DNA of 61,847 bases, filler included, from Dugesia japonica (taxonomy: Eukaryota), in the NCBI GenBank assembly GCA_001938525.1. It is 6 parts of 6 records of this genome, joined end to end, with 100 filler letters (N's around TTAATTAATTAA, not from the genome) between each part and the next. Parts side by side here need not be neighbours in the genome. Positions count along the whole stretch, not along the records: positions 49,871 to 61,847 come from MQRL01629596.1; 5 more parts are not named here. One strand, 5' to 3'. Position 1 is the first letter of the stretch; the number at the start of each line of letters is the position of its first letter. A model generated the notes under the pieces. The model saw nothing but the letters and a program-made list of their open reading frames with translations. It was not told where the DNA came from and searched no databases. Position numbers and translations under genes: made by a program. Of the stretch, positions 53,001-61,847 are shown piece after piece.

Positions 53001-54914
53001 GTTTATAAATTAATAGATTTCAGAAGAGAAGCCAAAAGAAATAAAGATGCTTCTGGAGATCATATTTATAAATNNNNGTTAAATGCTTTCTATGGAAAAA
53101 CTTTAGAAAACATTAGAAATCGTTGTGATGTGGAAATAGTTGATAGCGATAGAGATTATCAAAAATTCGCATCAAAATTAAATTTTAAATCTAGTAAAGT
53201 TTTTTCATATAAAAATGAAGAAGAAGCACAAGTTGCAGCAATGCATATGATAAAATCAAATTTGTATTATAATAAATTTCCATATTTTGGATTTGTAATT
53301 TTAGAACATGCGAAACTAGTTTTGTATGATTTTGTATATAATCAATTAGATCCATTAATTGGAGAAGAAAATTTTAAATTGTTGTATACCGATAGTGTAA
53401 CATTTGACACTCCAATAATACTACGAAAAAATAATAAAGTTGAAATAAAAAAGATTTCAGAAATAAATCAATTTTATACAAAAACCTTTGATGAAAAATA
53501 TTATTCTTATCCAGAAAATTATGAAATATGGACAAAAAGTAACTGGGTTAAATTAAAAAAAGTAATTAAACATTCTACAAGTAAAATGATTTACAGAGTA
53601 AGAAGTAAATTAGGAGTTGTTGATGTAACAGAAGATGATTCTTTATTAAATGATAAAGGTGAACAAATAAAACCAACAGATTTAACAAACGAAACAAAAT
53701 TACTTCACAATAAAATATTTAAAGCAAATAATGAAATAAATATTTATAAAATTTTATAAGATATTTATGAGAATGAACCTAATGATTTAAATTTAAAAAG
53801 AGCATTTATAGATGGCTTCTTTCTTGGAGATGGATCAGGAGAAAAATATTGTTGTACATTTAATAATCAAGATTTATATTTATTAAATAAAATAAAAAGA
53901 TTTCATAAAGAATTTTATAATAAAGAATCAATGATATACGATACAATGAAATCATCACATGTTTATAAACTTAATTTAAAAAATCCTGTAAAACATGCGA
54001 AGTATTATTCTAAAAATTATTATAATAAATTTGAAAAGACAAAACAAATTTCTGAATATATTTTAAATGCATCATTTAACACAAGAAATTGGTTCTTTAC
54101 AGGATTTTATGCAGCAGATGGCAATAAAACGTTTAATGGAAAAAATAGTTATAAAACAATTGGTTTTACTCAAAAAGGAAAAGAATGTTTTACATAGTTG
54201 TATTATTTAGCAACATCTTTGGGAATTAATTTAGTTGTTTCAGAAAGAAAAGATAAACCAAATCGTTTCAGTGCAATCCAAACAAAATCAGAAATTTCAA
54301 CTAATGTCCAAAGTGTTAGATTTTTAAGAGAAGGATTAGAAGATGTTTATGATATTGAAACTGAAGATGGATCATTTAATTGTGAATTTCCATTAATTAT
54401 AAAAAATACTGATTCAATCTTTTTAGAAATAAAAACTAGAGAGAATTTAATAAAGTTAGAAAGTTTATTGGGAAATGAATTATTTCAGATGAAAGATGAA
54501 ATACCTGATGTTTAAATAATTCAAGGTAATTTTTTAAAACCAAAAAATTATGCTTATAATTATATTAAAGAAGGTGAATGTAAATTTTCATCAAAAAATA
54601 AAGGTGTTCAAAGTTCTAATAAGTTTGTGATGGATGATTTCGATAATATTTTAAAAGATTCAAATAAAACATTTTATGCAACAAATTTTTCATTAAGATC
54701 TGATCTTCATGAAATAGAATTAACTAAACAAGAAAAGGTAAGGTTAAATGCTTATAGCGATAAATTAATATTAGAAGATAATGGAGCCCGTGGATGGCCT
54801 CATGGAAATAAATGCAATTATTGGCGCAATAGCCAGAACTGCAGGAATTGCATCTGGAATTGCAAGTACTGTAACAAATTCGAGACAAGCAATAAAAGCA
54901 CAAAAATAAATTGA
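50096..54914 (+). pseudogene. pPolB with N-terminal zinc fingers, HNH insert and intein
   Basis: Three Zn fingers, EGSGW, CFLYCILAH, GDFE (ExoI), DHNH..CRECN, HNLSGYD (ExoII), YIDENSLY, NAFYGK, YTD|intein|TDS, KPKNY; two frameshifts (~50910, ~51620-51660) and three in-frame stops. Confidence 0.97.
53394..54407 (+). mobile_element. Intein with LAGLIDADG homing endonuclease (338 codons, two nonsense mutations)
   Basis: Block A SVTFDTPII; block B VDVTEDDSL; LAGLIDADG motifs FIDGFFLGDG (53805-34) and FFTGFYAADG (54093-122); block F VYDIETEDGSF; block G IIKN/T; removal restores YTDTDS. Confidence 0.93.
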
Positions 54915-55116
54915 AATGATAGAAGGCAAAGGCCTTTATTTATCATCATATCAAGGTTCAGCAATTCATAAATATTTAAAAATTATTATTGATGATCCGA
55001 ATTTAAAAGATTTAGCAAAAAAATTTAAAGATGGAGTTAAAATTGAAATTGATGGTGATGGTTTATATTTAAATCCTTATAAAAGTTTCATAGAAAATGA
55101 ACACAAAACAAGTTAA
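54812..55116 (+). pseudogene. pX-like core protein, 5' truncated
   Basis: AIIGAIARTAGIASGIASTVTNSRQAIK, GKGLYL, GDGLYLNPY; homolog of 23568-24085. Confidence 0.7.
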
Positions 55117-55560
55117 AGAAAGAATTAAAGATTTAAAAGCTTTAATTAAAGGTCAAGAAAAATATAATAATTTTTTCTGTGGAATTGTTTAAGAATCGAG
55201 AGAATTACAAAGTAAATTATCAATTTTACAACAACCAACAATTAGTGCAATAGAAGAAATTTCAATGAAACCAGAAACAACAGAAACTAGAGATTTAACA
55301 AAATTCTTTTTTAATGAAAAAGTAGTTCCATTTATTCCTGAATACTCAATTGAAAACATTGATGCTAATGGAAAGTTAAGTCAATCAATTATTCCTAAAT
55401 TTTTTAGATTAAATATTGCGGGTGTTGACAACATAAAACGTTTTATGGAAATAACTTTAAAAGAAAATAAAATTTATTTATTTGAAGAAGATAAAAATAA
55501 AAACTTATTATTTAAATCAGAAGTTTACCATACACCGATGGAATATTTAGATTAATTTTA
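55097..55560 (+). pseudogene. Conserved Polinton protein, 3' truncated
   Basis: LKALIKGQE...LQQPTISAIE...IYLFEE aligns to 24087-24480. Confidence 0.55.
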
Positions 55561-55729
55561 GGAAATATAGATGGAACAGAAACTCCTAGTAATACTCTCT
55601 AGTAATAGTATTAAAATTTCCCAAGAAAGCACTACAATTAATAGAGATACGATTATACACTTTATTGTAATAATTTTACCAAAATATATTTATTTAAAAA
55701 AATTATGGGTTAAAATTATTATTTAAAAA

Positions 55730-56330
55730 CTGGAAGAAAATTTATATCCTAATATCAATGAAAGTAAAAACTATACAATTTTAGATTTAAAAAATAAACT
55801 GTCGATGTCAAGAATTAGAGATTTTGAAAATGACCTTTACTATATAAAAGATAAAATTAAACATTATAAAAAAATACATAGAAGATGGGAAAGAATAGAT
55901 TCAACTATAAAATATTCACAAATAATTGTTAGTGCTGGAATTGGAATTGGTGGAATTATTTTAATTGCACCAATTGGAATACCATTGACAACAATTGGTA
56001 TACCAATAATTACAGGGGCAATTTCCGTTTTACCTGTAATTGAAACATTAAATTCTTCATTGATTAGATCAAGAAAATAAAGATATGAAAAGTTAATAAA
56101 AAACTTGAGGCTGTTAAAAATAAATTATTTCTATTTCAACAGAAAGCTGTCAATGATGAAATTTTAACTGATGATGAATTAATGATAAGTAAAAAATGGT
56201 AAATGAAGTTCACGATTTGATAATGGCGACGAAAAAAGAAAAAAATAAAATGAATGATGAAAGTTTAAAACAATTGGGGGAAATTCAAACTAGGGTTATT
56301 AATGAAATGAAAAGTAAACTTGGAATCTAA
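55730..56330 (+). pseudogene. GasderminX-like membrane protein
   Basis: LYPNI, HYKKIHRRW, hydrophobic hairpin, QKAVNDEILTDDE. Confidence 0.65.
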
Positions 56331-57079
56331 AATAAATCATCTAACATTTCATCAGTTTCCTTATTTATATAAAAATAATTATATTTAGTTTTCCAGTGAA
56401 GATTTACATCATAATCATAATCCAACTTGTTTATGAAAATATTTGAAAATATTTCGTGGTAAACATTATTTCTATCTGTTTTATTTAATTTAAAGAAAAT
56501 GTAACAGTTTGAATTATTTCTGATAGAGTTTTTATCTAGTTGATAATATGTCTGGGAAATATAAATCACATTGCAATTTGAATGTCGACCTCTTGTGAAA
56601 TAACTTTTTTGTACCTGTTGATTTTTTTCATTAACCACATCATCAACTTTTATTATATTTTTCTTTTCTCTTGAAAGTTTATCACAAGGAATAATTTCAT
56701 TAGGTTTATTTGATAATGTTAAAATAATAGATCTTGGTTTTTTAGTAACTAGTTTTTTCTGAAGATAATATTGAACAGCTTGATTTGGAGTAGTGCATGT
56801 GTTTGGAACTATATTTTGATTTTCAACCATTAAAATTATTTCTTCTTTAGTTAATCCATTTTCAAAACCAAGATAAAGTAATTGAATTTCAAATTGATTA
56901 ATTGTTGTGGAATAAAAAATTAAAACATTATAATCTAAGAAATTAGGTGTTAATAACATTTTCATTAATAAAACATTTTTCCTACAATCTGATGAACCTA
57001 TCATTAATAATCTAAAATTATTTGGTAAAATTTTATTATTGAAATGTGTTAAAGTTTTGTTCGATATATACGAAGACAT
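56327..57079 (-). CDS. A32/FtsK-like packaging ATPase (open frame, degenerate Walker A)
   Basis: IGSSDCRKN (from GxSGxGKT), VDDV, FTRGRHSN, ISQTY, IRNN. Confidence 0.92.
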   Translation of the reverse strand: MSSYISNKTLTHFNNKILPNNFRLLMIGSSDCRKNVLLMKMLLTPNFLDYNVLIFYSTTINQFEIQLLYLGFENGLTKEEIILMVENQNIVPNTCTTPNQAVQYYLQKKLVTKKPRSIILTLSNKPNEIIPCDKLSREKKNIIKVDDVVNEKNQQVQKSYFTRGRHSNCNVIYISQTYYQLDKNSIRNNSNCYIFFKLNKTDRNNVYHEIFSNIFINKLDYDYDVNLHWKTKYNYFYINKETDEMLDDLF

Positions 57080-57892
57080 TTTTGTATGTTAAAATTTAGG
57101 TTTTCATATTTCACTTCTAAATTTTTAATTGTAAAAAAAAGATTTTACATTTTACATCAACATCTTTTATTTCTTTCTCAATATTTTCTAAATCAGCTAT
57201 AAATTTATCTATCTCCATTTTTAGGTTTTATATTTTAATTATATTTTAAATTTTAATTCAACATCAACAATTTCTTCAATTGCTTTAAAATGTAGTGTGA
57301 TCTTATAAAATGAAAATTGGGTTGTTAATATCTTTGGGAACTTATCTACTAACTTACTAAATTGTTTAAATTTGTTTATGTAACTAATTGAATAGTAAAT
57401 TTCTCTTCCAGCTAAATGATTTTTAAATTGTAAACTTTTTTAAAATTCTAATTTTAATATTGATAATAATTTTCCTAATTTAGAATAACCAATTAAACCA
57501 ATTTGTTTGCATTTAGTTGTTACATCATTCAAATAATAAATTTCTTCTGTAATTCTTTTTCTATCAAAGGATTTATAACCTTGTTCAGAAAACTCACCAA
57601 TAGTTAAAGTTTTTTTCGTAGGCTCTGAGTTTACTTTTTCTTTTAAAATTTAAGGAAATGGTTTTTGTACAAAAGATCTTAAAAACTCTTGCTTAAAATT
57701 TAATTTATTATCAAGCCTTTGTAAAACTTTATCATCACTTTCTAAAAGAATAAATTCTCTCCTATTTAATTTTCCTCTTTTAATTATATTTATTTCTGAT
57801 TTAGTTCATGGTGCTGGTGTTACGATTTCAATTTCATTTAAAATTGCTTCCATTAACTATTTCTTATATTTTCATTTTAATCATAATCCCCT

Positions 57893-59166
57893 TTATAATA
57901 AAGTTTTTTGTAACTCGTTTGAATAAAATCTCCCAAATATTTTGTTACCGTTAAGATTTGAAATTTCATATGTAAAAGGATTACGATATATTCTTGTAAT
58001 AATATAAATTATTTTTGACCATTTAAATTTATAGCCTTTAGGAAATGTTTTTCCTATTTTAATAATCCTAACACGGTCTCCAATTTTAAATCCTTTCTGT
58101 GGATTTAATTTAATACCTTTTGGATTTATTGTTGCTTCTTTTGGAGTTGTGTTGATTGATGAATGTTTTGTGTTATTGTAATCATTTACAATTCTTTCTA
58201 ATAAATCTAAAGTTATGTCTTGATTTCCAACGGCAGTAAAATTTTTAAAGAGTTTGTTTTTAAATGTTCTATTAAATCTTTCAATGACAACTGCCTTTCC
58301 ATGATTTTCAGTTGAATACAAAAGAATATTATTATCTTCACAAAATGTTTTAAAATGATAGTTGTAAAATTCTTTACTTTTATCAACCCATAATTTATTT
58401 GGAGTTCTAAAACTTTTTTCAAGAATTCTTTCAAATGCATTTGTTATTGATATTCCAGTTTTATCTTTAGAAAGTTCTATAAAAGCAAATCTTGTGTATA
58501 AATCAATAACTGTTATTATTACATTTTTCCCTTTTCTTTCTGTTCCTTGAAATATAAAATCTGCTGACCAAATATCCTCTTTTTTATAAACAATTACTTT
58601 TCTAAAATGTTTTGTCTTTCGATATTCTTTATGAAGTTCTTCACTTTTAATTTTATTTGGATTAATTTCATCATCAGATTCTTCGTCAATAATTGCACTT
58701 TTTTTAAATGGATCGTTTTTTGTTCCCCCTTTTCCAATAATGATTTTACCTTTCATAGCTAATTTTACAAGAGCTGTTTGTACTTTTTCTGCTAATGTAG
58801 GATTTTCAATTTTATTCAAATCGTGTATTAAATTTACATCTGCAATATGTCGATCTCTAATATCTTCTGAATTATAAGCAATGTCATGTTTTAAAGCTGC
58901 AGCATCAACTTTATTAACTGGTTCTTCTCCTGGTTTTGGAATATTATTTTCGTCAAGTCTAATATCTAATCTAGTTCTTGGACCGGTTTAATTATGTTTA
59001 AATAAATGTCTTTCGCCAGGATATTTTTCCCAAGTAAAAGGTTTTAATAATGTTGATGTTAATTTACTACTTTGAAGATCTCCTCCTTTTTACAAAGTTT
59101 TAAATGTCTTGATTTATTCTTCTTTAAAATTATTTTACCTCAATCTTCACATATAAAATTTTTCAT
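57893..59166 (-). pseudogene. Zinc finger + parvovirus-type phospholipase A2 + retroviral-like (rve) integrase
   Basis: HN*TGPRT, VDAAALKHDIAY, then in the same frame EELHK, WSAD, VIDLYTR, WVDKSKEF, IERFNRT, YNNTKHSSI; stop at 58988-90 and a frameshift near 59088. Confidence 0.9.
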
Positions 59167-59175
59167 GCTATTTCT

Positions 59176-60454
59176 TTAACATTTAATATCAAGCACTCTC
59201 ACATTTTCTACCATCACAATTTTACTATTTGCTAATTTCATTTCTACATGTTTTTCTTCAAGTATACACCAATAAACAATTGCTTTAAAATCCGGATCTT
59301 TTTTAATTTCAAGTGTAACATTAACATTATTAATATTCATTTTATCATCATGTGAGCTAGCATCGAAACAAAACATTGGATGAAGATTTCCAAAATCTAA
59401 AAGTGATATTTGTGGTTCTGTTAAAAATTCACGACATAATTTTACATATTCCAAATAAGGATAAGCCATTTCATTATTTTGCTTATCAAATTTACATTCA
59501 TTAGTTGGATAATTACAATTGTTTAATTGTATTTGTATACCTTTAATATAATAATCTTTAGCAGTTTTTGTAATTTTCTGTATAAATAAATAAATTATTA
59601 AGTTGATATGAAATTTTTATTTCTTTAAAGCAAATTAAAATATGTCTAGGTTGATATGCGAGGCTGCCAATTTTTATTGAATAATACCCACCAGTTTTTA
59701 AGTTTGTTTTTCCTGTTATTCTATTTAAATAAGAAATGTTTATTGATTTATTTGTTACTATTCTTTCAAACATAAATAATTCTGCTTTTGGTAATTATCT
59801 ATATTCTATAATGGGAAAATCAAGTGTTAATAATTTTAATGTTGCAGCTGAATTTTTTTCTCCATAAAATAATAGTTTATCTTCAATTTGACGATTACAT
59901 CTAATATCTATCGCCGTGTTATATAAAAGTCGATTATAATTTTGCATAAAACCAAATATGTTTTTTAATTGAAAGAATCCTTCAAATTTATTTTTTGAAT
60001 AAAGTTTTTTTCTATTATAATATCCCATGTTGCAATCCCAACTTTTTACTTCGGTGTCTCCTTTATTTATATNNNNNNNNNNNNNNNNNNNNNNNNNNNN
60101 NNNNNNNNNNNNNNNNNNNNNNNNNNNNNNNNNNNNNNNNNNNNNNNNNNNNNNNNNNNNNNNNNNNNNNNNNNNNNNNNNNNNNNNNNNNNNNNNNNNN
60201 NNNNNNNTTGGGAAGAAATTATTTTCCAAAGTTATTTTATCTTTCGATGCTTCAGGAATTGTAATCTCAATTGTAAAGTATTATAATGAATTACAAATAT
60301 CAAGTGGGTTTGTTGATTGAAGAGATTGAAAAACTATTTCACCATTTACATTTAATTTATTTATTGTGCCAGATGATGGCGGAATTACAAGTGTATCATT
60401 TTTTATTGCTGTATGTATAAATTTAATATTATCATCTAAATCTAGCTTACTCAT
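59176..60454 (-). pseudogene. Major capsid protein (double jelly-roll)
   Basis: LENNFFP, LKNIFGFMQNYNRLL, PRHILICF, YP, HPMFCFDAS; ~425 codons, broken and partly N. Confidence 0.82.
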
Positions 60455-60606
60455 TTATTAAAGATAAAATTTAAAACTAATGCAACAATAAAAATAAATA
60501 TTAAAAAATAAATAAAATTTCTTTGAATTTTAACTTTTGAATTTAATCTTTCAATAATATATAAAAAACTTATTAAATCTTTTGTTAGTATTTCTGCCGG
60601 CATTTA

Positions 60607-61000
60607 TTAAAGTAATTGTTTAGATTTATTCATTGTAAATTTTATACGATTTATTATTTTTTTACCAACACTTTGCTGTAATTTTTTTGCTTTTTCTTCT
60701 CTCATAATATTTAATAATTTTTCTTCATTATATTCTTTTAATTTTCCCATCTCAGATTTTATAACAGTATTTTCCATTGTTAAATCATCATTTTCATCTA
60801 TTAAATCAATAATTGTTTCCTTCATTATTTCTAGTGCTTTTTTATTTACTTTAAATGGAAAAAACGTTTGAATAGTAAAACGTTTGTTTTACTATTTCTT
60901 CTTTTTCAGTTAGTGAAGCAGTTCTGACTAAATTATATTTTTCTAATAATTCTTTTTTAAAATCTTCATCTTTTAAAATCTTACTTGCTATCGCATCCAT
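60607..61000 (-). pseudogene. Small coiled-coil Polinton ORF of unknown function
   Basis: ORF fragments co-oriented with the capsid gene. Confidence 0.4.
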
Positions 61001-61020
61001 TTTTTAAATAATAAATTTAA

Positions 61021-61464
61021 CTAATTTGCTAAATCATTAATAAGTTTAGAAAGTTCATTTTCATGTTCAATTTTTCCACCGGTTGCATTAACTATTCTTT
61101 TTCTTTTGGGTATTTCTTCTCTCATTTCATTTCGTTTTACTGTTAATGTTATTTTTGTTTTTTGTTGAGGAATTAATTTAAAGTTTTTTGTTTTAACATT
61201 AAAAAAATAATTTCCATATTGGTCATTTATGAAAGTGTTTGTTTTTTCATTATAATAATATTTTAGTCTATGATATTTTTTTCTTTCAGATTTAAAATTT
61301 AATTCTCTTAATGTTTTATTTAAAGTGATAATTGAAACCACAACTTCGTTTGCTATAATGTGATCTTTCATGTTTGGATTTTTCATTTTAATTTCTTTAT
61401 ATCTTAAAGCTAAACAAATTTTTTCAGATTTGAGAAATAAATTAGAATCAAAAAACATTTGCAC
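61021..61464 (-). CDS. Basic Polinton accessory protein of unknown function
   Basis: 147-codon open frame next to the right TIR. Confidence 0.5.
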   Translation of the reverse strand: MQMFFDSNLFLKSEKICLALRYKEIKMKNPNMKDHIIANEVVVSIITLNKTLRELNFKSERKKYHRLKYYYNEKTNTFINDQYGNYFFNVKTKNFKLIPQQKTKITLTVKRNEMREEIPKRKRIVNATGGKIEHENELSKLINDLAN

Positions 61465-61620
61465 ATTTTAAATTTTTTTCAACATTTTCACATGTTAATT
61501 TTTCATATTCTAGGGCCATTTTTATTAACAATTATTTAGCACTCTAATAGCACTTTGATAGAACCTCATTCCTCTTTCATGTCTCCTCTTAAATAAATAA
61601 CATTATGGTTTTTCCTCTTT

Positions 61621-61831
61621 CATTTGCACTCAAAACATATCCAAAAAAAATAACATATTTTCATTTTACATTTGACATTTGACATTTGACATTTGACATT
61701 TGACATTTGACATTTGTCATTTGACATTTGACATATTTTCGTTTATGGTTTGGTATTTCTCATTTGTCATTTTACATATTTTCACCAGGGGGAGTACCCC
61801 CCTGGTGCTAAGTCGTAGTTATACATCTACT
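61621..61831 (-). repeat. Right TIR with (CATTTGA)n heptamers and a terminal hairpin
   Basis: Reverse complement begins AGTAG; heptamer array 61669-61733; hairpin 61783-61807. Confidence 0.92.
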
Positions 61832-61847
61832 TATATATATATATATA

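Larger units (their letters stand above)
49871..61831. mobile_element. Polinton/Maverick (beta-adintovirus-like) element, family B copy 2, TIR to TIR, defective
   Basis: pPolB, ATPase, integrase and capsid genes between matching inverted repeats; ends in ...CTACT followed by (TA)n. Confidence 0.97.

Noticed and set aside
53394-54407. Insert as an intron or an independent gene
   Set aside because: It is in frame with both exteins, has no GT-AG ends, and has Ser...Asn/Thr protein-splicing junctions.
54627-54914. Cys-rich C-terminal zinc domain (CNYW..CRNC..CKYC) on pPolB
   Set aside because: It is an off-frame reading of the Gly/Ala-rich pX-like gene joined by a deletion.

Overview
AT-rich eukaryotic DNA, probably from an invertebrate animal (53-bp spliceosomal intron, TTAGGG-like tract, Tc1/mariner, hAT, Gypsy and Penelope elements). 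It is not one locus: five artificial 100-bp spacers (44 N + TTAATTAATTAA + 44 N) join six unrelated contigs (1-9710, 9811-18115, 18216-30440, 30541-40070, 40171-49770, 49871-61847). The window is dominated by decayed Polinton/Maverick (adintovirus-like) endogenous DNA viruses: a TIR-to-TIR copy at 49871-61831, a related rearranged copy at ~21930-30440, a more distant family at ~12900-16700 and ~19900-21300, and two isolated termini (39856, 49699). Main finding: the protein-primed DNA polymerase of the 49871-61831 element carries a 338-codon intein with a LAGLIDADG homing endonuclease at the YxD|TDS catalytic motif (53394-54407), while the sister polymerase has the empty site (YSDTDS, 28827-28844). 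Other finds: a parvovirus-type PLA2 read in frame with the integrase, a GC hairpin shared by two different Polinton termini, a cluster of GC palindromes between convergent Polinton genes, and minimal hammerhead-ribozyme motifs in Penelope-like inverted repeats. All calls come from manual motif reading; no database search was run.
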